Shown piece by piece: positions 25,590-36,645 of a DNA stretch of 64,000 nucleotides (its first letter is position 1; the number at the start of each line of letters is the position of its first letter). The translations under genes were made by a program, and so were the position numbers. The DNA comes from Rhynchobatus australiae (Eukaryota). The notes beneath the pieces are model-generated. The model did no database searches, had not been told where the DNA came from, and saw only the letters and a program-made list of their open reading frames with translations. The stretch lies in NCBI GenBank assembly GCA_034780895.1, contig JAUZTB010000118.1:72490670-72554669 (forward strand), in the 5' to 3' direction.

Positions 25590-26545
25590 GTAGCACCTAC
25601 ATGGAAGATGGATGCCTCAAACACATCAACAGCAAGGAGTGTGCAGCCCTCATTCACTCACATGGGCCCCAGTTATGCCTGCCTTTTTGTTGGCTAAGCA
25701 GAGCAGTCCAAGTTCCAAACCCACACTGGCAACGCTTCCCAACTCTCTCCACTAAATTGATGACCTCATTGGTACCGCCTCCTGCACCCATGCAGAGCTC
25801 GTCAATTTCATCAACTTCACTTTCAACTTCCACCTTGCCCTCAAATTCATGTGGTCCATCTCCAACAACTCTCTTCACTTTCTTGAAGTCTGTCTGAGGA
25901 GACAGATTATCCATGGACATGCTGGGCTCATGCCTTCTGCAAACCCACCAACTCTGTTACCTTGACTACACCACTTCCCACTGTCACTTGCAAGGATGCA
26001 ATTCTCTTCGCTCAGTTCCTTTTTTTGTGACATCTGTTCTCATGATGAGGCTTTCCACTCCGGGACATCAGAGATGTCCTCTTTTCAAAAGAAAAATGGG
26101 GTTCCCCCATTGCTTTCAATAGCGCCCTTACTCACATCTCTTCTATTTCCTGCCCGGCTTCCCTCACCCCATTGCCCCCACCTCGACATAATGGGGATAG
26201 AATGCCCCTTGTCTCACCTACCAACCTCACGAGCCTACACATCCAACGTATCATTCTCTGCCATCTTCAACTGGGTCCCACCACCAGGCACATCTCCCCC
26301 TCCACTCTCTGCAGGGAATCGCTTTATGATTTCCTTGTCCACTCATTCCCTCCCCACCAATCCCTCTCCAGGCATTTATCCCTACAATCACATTAAGTTT
26401 CACACCTGCCCCTGCACCTCCTCCCTCACCACCATTCAGGGCTCTAAAGAGTCCTTCCAGGTGAGACAATCCTACACGTGAATCCATCAATGTCATTTAT
26501 TGCATCAAGTGCTCCCAGTGCGGCCTCCTCTACATCAGAGAGACA
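25590..26545 (+). mobile_element. Penelope-like element, decayed RT and start of GIY-YIG endonuclease
   Basis: HMGPSYACLFVG RT motif at ~25660, FINFTxxFHxxLKF, ICSHDEAFHSGTSEMS, and NVIYCIKCSQCGLLYI at ~26490. Confidence 0.82.
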
Positions 26546-26754
26546 GGTGCAGATGCATAGTCTTATTTTTTTTTCACCAGTTTCCTAGGTTACAACTATG
26601 TAGANNNNNNNNNNNNNNNNNNNNNNNNNNNNNNNNNNNNNNNNNNNNNNNNNNNNNNNNNNNNNNNNNNNNNNNNNNNNNNNNNNNNNNNNNNNNNNNN
26701 NNNNGGACACTGTACCTCGCTTTAAATGACAATAGTAATCCAATTTACCAACAA

Positions 26755-26900
26755 CATTTTTAAAAGACTGTTGGACAGGTACATGGATTGGAAAGGCTTT
26801 GCGCCATATGCTGGCAAATGGAACTAGATTCGATGGGGCATCTTGGTCAGCGTTGACCAGCTGGGTCGAAGGGCCTTTGTCCGTGCTGGTTGACTCGATG
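26755..26900 (+). mobile_element. CR1 3' UTR fragment
   Basis: catttttaaaagactgttggacaggtacatgga...gggtcgaagggcct. Confidence 0.7.
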
Positions 26901-27044
26901 GTAACGCCACCCAGAGGTGGTTTGCGCATTGTGGACAAGGCTCCCACATTGTGAGGTTCTGCTGAAATGACACGCCCTCCAGATGGATTCAGGGAGGGGT
27001 GTCGGGGCGGGGTTGGTGTGAGTCACTGGGACACCCTTCCATTT

Positions 27045-27440
27045 CCAGCAATAACATCCCTGCACTTAAATGCACTCATAAGGAAGGCGCGGCCGACAAT
27101 TTACCTTCTTAGGTCAGCGAGGTTCGGCTTGTCACCGAACGGTCGAACAGAATTTTACAAATGCACTGCTGCAAGTGGCCTGACCGGTTGAATCACGGTC
27201 TGGGAGGGTATTTCGACTGCGCACGAACGTAAGTAGCTGCAGAGAGTGGTGGGCTCTGCCGAATACATCACGGTCGCATCCCTCCCCACCATTAGTAGCA
27301 TCTACAGGAGGCGCTACCTCAAGAAGGCAACGTCCGTTGTCAAATATCCCTCCACTATCCGAGCCGTGCCGTCTGCCTGCAGCTACTACCGGTCAGGAGG
27401 CAGAGAAGCCAAGTTCAGGAACAGCGACTTTGAGGGAATT
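27045..27440 (+). mobile_element. Rex1/Babar-like LINE C-terminal fragment
   Basis: HLNALIRKAR..YLLR..FYKCT..LQRVVGSAEYITVASLPTISSIYRRRYLKKATSVVK. Confidence 0.75.
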
Positions 27441-27454
27441 CGGCAGCATTTAGC

Positions 27455-28255
27455 TGGTATGTATTTAAATGATTTAGATGTAAATGTACATGGCACGATT
27501 AGCAACTTTGCTGATGATAGTAAATTAGAGCGTCTTGTTGATAGTGAAGCAGGTTACAATGATTTTCAAAGGGACCTTGAGAAGCTGGGCGAATGGGCAG
27601 AAGAGTGGCAAATGGATTTCAACTTAGATAAGTGTAAGGTGATTACTTCGTACAACCAAACCAGGGTTTGACTTAAACAGTAAATGACAGGGCACTGACG
27701 AATGTAGTGAAACGGAGGGATCTGGGAATACCAGTGCACAGTTCGCAGAAAGCGGCTGCACAAGTAGACAGGGTGATGATGAAAACGTTTCCCATTCCGG
27801 CCTTCCTCAATCAGGGCTTGGAGTTCAGGGACAGGGATATCATTTTCCAGTTGCATAAGTCTTTGGTGACGACGTGCTTGAAGTATTGTGTACATTTCTC
27901 GTCACCCTGTGATGGGAAAGATAGTGTCAACCTAGACATGGTGCAGAAGAAGGATTGAGTCACAGGGAGAAGTTGGACACGTTGGCTATTTGTTCTATGG
28001 AGCGCAGGGGAATGAGGGGTGACCTCAAATAAGTTTATAAAATCATGAGGGGTATGGATCAGCTGGGCTGTCATAGTCTTTTCCCCAGTGTTGCGGAGTC
28101 CCGAACTAAAGGGCAGAGGCACAAGATAAGCGGGGAAAGATTTAAATGAGACCTGAAAGTGAACTTCTTCACACAGAGGGCAGCAAGTACCTGAAATATT
28201 CTGCCAGAAGTTGTGGAGGCGGGAACTGCAACATTTAAGAGCCATCTGGACACGG
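27455..28255 (+). mobile_element. CR1 LINE fragment
   Basis: YLNDLDVNVHGTISNFADDSK..QRDLEKLGEWAEEWQMDFNLDKCKV. Confidence 0.88.
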
Positions 28256-28284
28256 GAAGACTTACTGGGTTATTGGGCGAACGC

Positions 28285-29527
28285 CATCCCCTTCTCCCAG
28301 TTCCTTCGTCTCCGCCGCATCTGTGCACATGATGAGGATTTCCATTTTCGGACATAAGAGATGTGCTCCTTTTTCAATCCCGACCATCACCATGAATGCC
28401 TCCCTCACCTCTATAACCTCCACTTCCCACACGCCTGCCGCCACCCCATCCTCCCGCCGACATAACAGGGACAGAGTTCCCCTTGACCTCACCTACCACC
28501 TCATGAGCCTCCGTATCCAAGATTTCATTCTCCGCAACTTCCGCTACCTTCAATGGGATCCTACCACCACGAAAATCATCCCCTCACCCCTTCTCTCCGC
28601 TGTCTTACGGGACAGCTCTCTTCGCGAATCCCTTGTCCACTCGTCCCTCCCTACTGATCTCCCGGCAATTTATTCCTGAAAGTAGAACGAGTACCACACC
28701 TATCCATACACCTCCTCCCTCACCACCATGCAGGGTCCTAAATATTCCTTCGAGTTGAGGATTAATTTCATCTGTAAATCCGAGGGGCTCATTGATTGCG
28801 TTTGGTGCTCCAGGTGCGCCCTCTTGTACATCAGTGAGACCAGAAGCAGATTGGCTGACCACTTTGTCGAGCACCTTCGCTCCGTCCGCCGCAACAGCCA
28901 AAACCTCCAGGGGGCCACCCACTTCATTTCGAAATCGCTTTCCCATAATGACGTGTCTCTCCATGGTCTCCTACTACAGTGAGTCCAGGAGCAGGTTGGA
29001 GGAACAACGCCTCATATTCCGCCTTGTGTGTCTCGAACCTGACGGTCTTAACATCAATTTCTCTAACTTCGTTAACCCCACCCCTTCTTCCATTCCCCAG
29101 TCCTTTGTCTTACATTATTGCTATGGGCCTCTTTCCCAACATTGATGACCGCGCATCTCCTCTCCTCCCCTCCCCCAAGGTTTTCTATTCTTTCCAACTG
29201 AATACCTACTTCTTTAGCCCTGGGCATCTTCCGCCTATATCCTCACAACTTATTACATATTCTTCCCCTCCCCCATCCACAACCTTCCCCCTCACGTGGA
29301 CTCGCATATCACCTGAACTTAATTATTCCCTGCCTGCCTGTACACCTGTCCCATCCTCACCTTCTTATTCTGGCTTCTGGTCTCTTCCTTTCGAGTTCTG
29401 ATGAAGCGTCTCGGCCCGAAACGTCAAGTTCTTATTTCCATCCGTGGATGCTCCCTGGCCTGCTAATTCCTCCAGCATTTTGTGTGTATTGCTCCAGATT
29501 CCATCATCTGCAGAATTTCTTGTGTCT
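28285..29527 (+). mobile_element. Penelope-like element 3' half: thumb/linker, GIY-YIG endonuclease and terminal repeat
   Basis: RDRVPLDLTYH, CKSEGLIDCVWCSRCALLYISETRSRLADHFVEHLRSVR and RLEEQRLIFRLVCLEPDGLNINFSNF, followed by the hammerhead-containing repeat. Confidence 0.88.
29393..29430 (+). ncRNA. Minimal type-I hammerhead ribozyme motif in a Penelope terminal repeat
   Basis: GAGTT CTGATGA A GCGTC TCG GCCC GAAA CGTC AAGTT: complete CUGANGA/GAAA/UH core and palindromic ACGU helix III, with mismatches in helices I and II. Confidence 0.6.
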
Positions 29528-29737
29528 GTCATTTCTCCGCCCACATCTACAACTGATCTGTGTCCCGCCGAAAATATTTCGCAATCTTCTACACTCTCGA
29601 TAGGGCCAGAATCTTTGTCTCGATTGTGAACAAGGCCCAAGACCATCTATGTTTTCATCCAAGTCATTTTATATGTCATATCTAATGATATATAATAATA
29701 TATCCTTTCCTGCATCCTCACCACAACATTCAGTGTC

Positions 29738-29997
29738 AGAAGTTTGCAAACGAACATCTGAAGAAGCCTGATGCATTTTGGAAACAGTCCTGTGGACTGA
29801 TGAGGTTAAAATAGAACTTTTTGGCCGCAATGAGCAAAGGTATGTTTGGAGAAAAAAAAGGTACAGAATTTCATTAAAATAATACCTCTACAACTGTTCA
29901 GCACGGGGGTGGATCGAACATGCTTTGGGCTTGCGTTGCAGCCAGTGGAACGAGGAACATTTCTCTGATAGAGGGAAGAATGAACACACCTCAAAAT
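29738..29997 (+). mobile_element. Tc1-family transposase fragment (catalytic domain start), truncated by a gap
   Basis: KFANEHLKKPDAFWK / LWTDEVKIELFGRNEQRYVWRKKG / TVQHGGGSNMLWACVAASGTRNISLIEGRMN, with frameshifts. Confidence 0.88.
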
Positions 29998-30519
29998 NNN
30001 NNNNNNNNNNNNNNNNNNNNNNNNNNNNNNNNNNNNNNNNNNNNNNNNNNNNNNNNNNNNNNNNNNNNNNNNNNNNNNNNNNNNNNNNNNNNNNNNNNNN
30101 NNNNNNNNNNNNNNNNNNNNNNNNNNNNNNNNNNNNNNNNNNNNNNNNNNNNNNNNNNNNNNNNNNNNNNNNNNNNNNNNNNNNNNNNNNNNNNNNNNNN
30201 NNNNNNNNNNNNNNNNNNNNNNNNNNNNNNNNNNNNNNNNNNNNNNNNNNNNNNNNNNNNNNNNNNNNNNNNNNNNNNNNNNNNNNNNNNNNNNNNNNNN
30301 NNNNNNNNNNNNNNNNNNNNNNNNNNNNNNNNNNNNNNNNNNNNNNNNNNNNNNNNNNNNNNNNNNNNNNNNNNNNNNNNNNNNNNNNNNNNNNNNNNNN
30401 CTAATTCAAAAGAACAAAATGCTTTCTAATTCATCATTTGAAGACATCCTATTATTTAGCAGTGACAAAGTTTTTCATGACTTTGATGAAACAGAAAAAT
30501 GCAGTGTCATAATTTGAAT

Positions 30520-31060
30520 ACGTTGAATGATTCTAGCCATCATATATAACTGGCATTGTAATCACCATGGCTAATTCACCGAGGCCAACAGGAAAGCTTA
30601 TAAACCCAATGGCGTCTGCACTTTCCACAGGTTCCAATTCCCTGGTCCCAAATGACTCATCTTTACCATGGATGAACAATCGTTTAACATCTCCATCCCA
30701 CACCAGAATGGTCTGAGAGCCTTTGCCCTTCACCACCACTCTCAATCACGGGGCTAATCTTATTTTCAGAGTGGACCTCTTTCAATTCCAGTCACTTTCT
30801 CTGGATCAAAAGGTCTGGTTATGGGCACTCTCTACATTTGTGTTTTTGTGGAGCAATCTTTCTTTCAGACCTATTCAGACCACTCCCCTCAACATTGATA
30901 TATCAACAACTGCATTAGTGTTTTTCCTGCACTCAAACAGAACATGAAAGTGTCATTACTTGTGCTGCCAATTTCAACCCTGCTCTCACCTTCACATGGT
31001 GCATCTTTGACTCCTCCCTTCCTTTTCTGCATCTTTAAATTAGCCTGTTCATCTATCCAC
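30520..31060 (+). mobile_element. Old Penelope-like RT fragment
   Basis: ISIPHQNGLRAL and KGLVMGT motifs, and tgccaatttcaaccctgctctcaccttcacatgg homologous to ~25820-25860. Confidence 0.6.
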
Positions 31061-31539
31061 CCTTCTATTCAGGTCAGACTAGACTAATCCTTGTGTTAGG
31101 TATGATAGGTTTGATTTAGCTCTTGTTCACTTTCTCTCTCTCCAATGCTCCCCATTATCCAATCACCCAGAAGACATCCAGCATTGGTCCTTGCAGCAAC
31201 CCTTACTTCTCTATCAGAGAGATCTTTTTTGTCCTATCCATCCCTCCCTCACTTTTCCCCAACTTAAAACTGAAATACCGAAATTGCCATTGGGCCCACT
31301 AAAGCTTTGCTTTCATTAATTAGAGTGTCACTGAAATGATGCCACATTTAAAATTGAATTCCATATTCTTTGTCGTTTTGTTTTAAACAAGGCTCTTAAT
31401 TCAGTGGCATCACTTCTGGTTGTTGAACATGAGCACTAATGTCAATTGATTCACATAATTTATTGTATTCAGGCTCAGATAGATCATTAATTGAAGCACT
31501 GCATTATAGATGAAGTCTGACTTCAGGTTAACATGTAGC

Positions 31540-32230
31540 ATGTACATTTTTAGCTTAATGATCTCATGGGCAAGATGGGAGAAATATGGTACAAATTGTC
31601 AGTTTTAATTCAAATGTTGCTAAGTTTGAGATGCCATATTTTGGTAAAACCATACTGAGCTCAGCTGCAGAAGAACAGAAGGACTTTAGAACATTAAAGA
31701 CAATAAATCAAGTTAACATGATCATAAAGATATCTAATGGAATTCCAGATTTTGTCACACAAGGTATAGAACACAAAAGGCAAGGATCAATGAAAGGTCC
31801 TTAGTTGGACCCAAGGACTTGTTCCATGTTGCAACTTCTATAGAATTCTGCAGATCCAATGAGTGTAAGAGGTGTGAGTGTAATGAGTGTAAGAGTGTAA
31901 GAGATTTTAGAGGTGTATAAAATGTTGAGAGGGATACATAGACAGCCAGTGCCTCTTTCCCAGGGCACCAATACTCAAGACAAGGCAGCATGGATTTAAA
32001 ATAATTGGGGGGGGGGGGGGAAGGAGTCAGAGGGAGGCTTTTCACCCAGAGAGTGGTGGGTGCATGGAATGCACTGCCTGGGGTGGTGGAGGCAGATACA
32101 TTGACAGGTTCAAGAGGTTGTTGGATAGGCACATAGGGGAATGTGGGATAGAGGGATGTGGGAGGAAAGGGTTAGATTGTGTTTGATGGGCAGCACAACA
32201 CAGTGGGCCAAAGGGCCTGTATTGTTTTAT
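31540..32230 (+). mobile_element. CR1 fragments (older 5' part and younger 3' end)
   Basis: gaggtgtataaaatgttgagagg...ttcacccagagagtggtgggtgcatggaatgcactgcc...gggccaaagggcctgt. Confidence 0.75.
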
Positions 32231-32771
32231 GGAAACATCCCAATCTTGTAGCTTTACCAACACCATACAGACACTATTTAGTTTTATTCCAATTTCTAAA
32301 TATAAAAAAAACTTGAATGAGAAAGGGTTAAGTTCTCCAGCCTTTGCTGGTAGAACTGTACAGCAGACACACCCTCAAGCAGCACTATTTATAAGTATAA
32401 AAAACTAATTAAGTTGTCTTCTAATTGACTTCTAGTAATTGGTGCTAGGCTTGTGCAGGAATTTATGCAGAAGTTGGGTGAGAGATACTCTTGTTTAAAG
32501 TTTCATAATAGATGGTTGTAGGTATGGATGCAGCAATAAATATTCTCTTTGGAATACAGCATGACTAGAAATCCAAGCAGAACACCTGCAAAAGAGGACA
32601 GGTGGCTGGAAGAGGGAGAGGATGAAGGACACTCAAGGGAGGGCCATGAATGTCATCTTGTTTAAGAACAAGTTCTCCAAATTCATCATTAGCAAGTAAA
32701 TGTGTAAGGAAAGGAAACTCACTTAAATGTTAAACCTGCTCCAGTCAGCTATGAGAGAAGCAAATCGCCTG

Positions 32772-32932
32772 TGTTATGGACTAGGTTACAATTAGTGAGG
32801 TCCCCTTAAGATATTGTGTGGCATGCTTGGGGGTGCAGAAGAGAGGGACCAGCCTGCTTGTTTTCCCTCTAGATGGATGAGAAACAATAACTGACTGTCA
32901 CTGCAATCCACGTATGGATTGTTGAGAGTAAT
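32772..32932 (+). mobile_element. LTR-like repeat 5' end (same family as 1413)
   Basis: tgttatggactaggttacaattagtgaggtccccttaagat versus tgttacggactaggactattagtgagtgtcccttttagat. Confidence 0.55.
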
Positions 32933-35169
32933 NNNNNNNNNNNNNNNNNNNNNNNNNNNNNNNNNNNNNNNNNNNNNNNNNNNNNNNNNNNNNNNNNNNN
33001 NNNNNNNNNNNNNNNNNNNNNNNNNNNNNNNNCCTGTGTACATGCAGTATTCCCTTCTGGTTGGATCTGGAGAGATTTGCAACATCTTGCAGATTCCCAT
33101 CCACTGTTGTACAAGGGAAGCAACTGATGATGTTTATTTAACCTATTTTGCCACAAAGCAGTGGGATGCATGCGCTTGTGGGGAAAACATTTACCCTTCT
33201 CCATAGAACATTATGGGAAACCCAGCATTTCAAAGGACAATGTCTAGATTAAACCTACAAAAGTGGCTAAATAAGAGGCTTTTAGCCTCAATAAACCCAC
33301 CACCTGGGTCCAAGTCAACTGCCACCTGTTGTCTTACCTTCCTCAGATGTACTGCAAGTAGATGAAGCACATAGAGGTCAGGTTGTGATAAAAGCTCAGT
33401 CATCCCCCATTACACATGCTTTTGGACATTAAGCTTCTGCCATAGTGCTAAGTCCTTACTGCCACCTGTGCATTTGTACTCCTTTTGCTCATTCATTTTA
33501 ATCAGTGGTAATAATGGTCAAAGCACAAGTGTTAATACACCAAATATGCTTACTGAACTGTGGCTATCTTCTGGCAAAAATAAGTGAAATAAATAAATCA
33601 CACTGGAATGCCAAGTCACAATTAAAGTGGTGTGCCTCTGGCTTTACTCTTCCCATTTGACAAGGAATGCTTCACATGTAAAAATGCAAGGGATACTTAC
33701 TGGTTGAATGTGCAGAACTTTACTGCATGACCTTAGTCCACTATTTGAGCAATGGCAGTTAAATAGTTAACACATAGGAGCTGCAACATCACACAAATGA
33801 ACCAATCACTCACTTGTTAATTGGATCAATATCAATTCCTCACTCAAAACAGCTCAAATTAGAAATTAAATCATGGATCTGCCAAAAATTAATCACAGGT
33901 CCCTCTCTGCATGAAGATGTTTCATTCCTAGATATAGCAATTCTCACATTCAGTGGGAGTCCATTTATTCTGTGATGTTTAGGATTATGCAGAAAGACTT
34001 GTTGGAATGTGATTATTGCAATGAATGTGGGAACAATTTCTGAAGGCACAATCCATGTTTTTTTTCAAAATCCTTTTGCACCTGTGGTGACTCCATGCCC
34101 ATCTTGCATCCAATCTTCTGCCATCTGTCCATCCACTCCCAATGCTCTGCTAAGACTAGCCACCCACAATGGATTTCATTTTGCCTCCTCTATCTACAGT
34201 ATCTATAATGAATTCTTATGCTCTCTATTCAGCCAGTGAGTGCCAGTACTCTGCCATTTCTATCTACTTGGCCTGTTGTAACACTCTACCCATCTACTCT
34301 GAATTGAATGTCCACTGCTTCCATTTACCCAAACCAAAAGAAAATATTAAATATTGTATGAAGCTTGTTACTGGTTGCCCAAATTCCAATGTTAGCAGAT
34401 AAGACTGATTTAGCTTAAAGAAAATACTGCATAAATCTTGCAGTTTTAACTTACTTATTCAACTTGCAGATCAATCAGGTATATGCGATGATATTTTTCA
34501 TATTTGTTGCAAAAAAATCATTACACTGGAATCCTGAATCATTTGTGCCCAATTTTCAGCCCTCAAGGCTCAAGTCCAATACTTTTCTCATATTGCAATT
34601 TGCTACTTATTCCTTTTTGATTGTTTTTTTGGATTTGAAGGTTGAGAAAAAATTGCTTCAGCACTGTTGGCTCTGTGGTGGAGACACTCAAAGTGAGAAT
34701 CATTAGCATCAAAATCATTAGCATCAAAAACAAATCAATTGTTGATGATCTTTGTGGAAGAATGGTTATTACTGGGCTGGTGGAGGAGGAGGGGAGGATT
34801 TAGCACAGGGCTCAGTAATCAGTCCCTTGCTTTTTTTTTAAATGTTTATTAATTGTAGGGACCACAATCAGGAAGTTTTCTTATGGCACAAATCTTGGCC
34901 TCATGACTGACTGAAGTGGAAAACTATTCTGCAGGAGGGGGAAGATGGCCTGACAGTGGAGCAGGAAAATGATGAATGGAACTTCATCCAGAAAAGAGAG
35001 GTTATACATACAGAGAGGCAACAAGGAAGTATGAAATTAATGGCAGGATATTGATTCATGTGGAATCATGGAGAGAGTGTATGTCCACAGATTTTTAAGG
35101 TATCTTTTAAGGTTAAAAAAAATCCACCAGTGTCCTGGAAAGTTGGTAATAATTTTTTTTAAACTCTAC

Positions 35170-36645
35170 AAATCAGAGATGCAGTTATGCATACACTTGT
35201 CTCTTTGTGGGTACAAGGAACAGTCTTGTTTCAGTGCTTTGCAGGTCCCTTCCATAATTTTTTGGTGCATTGATGACCATAATGATGCTACATTTTGCTC
35301 GTACAAGATCCAAATGTTTTATCTTTGCTGTCAATTTCCACCTGCTCTCATTTTCATATCTCCACTCATCCCTTCCTGCTCAACCCTATACCACCTCAAG
35401 GATAAATTAGCAACCAATATACATTATAGATTCCCACAGCTATCTCCTATCTTGTTTCCAGCAAGGACACTATTCCATTTTCCCCCAATGTCTCCAGCTC
35501 CATTGTATCTTTCTCACCACAATCCTTACTGCACCAGCAATTTCCTTAACTATGGTTTCCCTTAATTGACAGGGTTCTAATTCAGATTTGTTCATCCTCT
35601 ACACTTTGGATCTCAACCTCTCCCACACAGATCAAGGAAAGGGTGGCCTTATCCTCCTTGGCTTTCACATTCAATGGATCATCTTTTGTAAATACTGCAA
35701 TGAGATGCCACCACATCTCTGCCACTACTCTATTCAACATTCTGAAGGGATTTTTCCACCAGGACACCCTGGCTCTCTTCCATCTTTACCAACACCCACT
35801 GCTGTCTCAGGACACTTTCCCATGCACCTGCAGGAGATGCAACACCTGCCCTTTTACAACATCCTTTTCCACCATCAAAGGATACAAGAGAACCTTCTGA
35901 ATGAAGCAGCAATTCCCTTGCACTTCTAATTTAACAATGCAATTGATGCTTATGTGAGCTCCAAGAGAAACCAAATGCAGATCAGGTGACAGCTTTGGAC
36001 AACATCTCCATCAGCAAGTGTTTCTGCATTTCCAGTTGCCTGTCATTTTAATTCTCCACCCCACACCCACCTTGACTTCTTACTCCAATCCAATGAAGCC
36101 TAATGCAAGCTCAATGAATCTTCTGTCTAGGCATGTAACAACCCTCAAGACTCAATATTGAAAACTATTTCAGATAACCAGTTTCCAGTTTGTGAACACA
36201 TTGGCCGGTTCTGATAAAAAGTCATTATCCAGTAATGTTAACTTCGTTTTCTCTCTCCACAGGTGATGTTGACCCATTGGATATTTCCAGCTTTCTCTTA
36301 TTTCACACTTCCAGCATCTGCAGTTCTGTATCTTGTACTTCTCCCTCCTCTGCCTGCATTCATCTCCCTTTGTTTACATCTCCTGACAGATCAGCTGCAA
36401 TTAACAAGCCTTCAGCACTTTACCCTCAGCCAGCACCACAATTCTGTTCATTATTCAATCTCTCTTGGTCACCACCCTATTGCCGAGATTGCCTTTATTA
36501 TTTGCACCCTTCCTTCTCTGCAACTTAAAACATGCTTACTTTCTAAGTTTTTCCTGGTTCTGATGGCAAGCCATCCACCTGAAACCTCAGCCCTATTTCT
36601 TTCTCTACAGATGTTGCCTGTCCCATTTCCAGCATCTTGTTTGTA
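35170..36645 (+). mobile_element. Old Penelope-like element with two downstream terminal-repeat copies
   Basis: CIDD RT remnant (~35270), FPCTCRRCNTCPF linker, GIY-YIG C-terminal remnant (~36100-36175), and repeat copies at ~36205-36325 and ~36555-36645. Confidence 0.7.

Noticed and set aside
35068-35565. 165-aa ORF
   Set aside because: It is a chance open frame over a decayed Penelope RT remnant.
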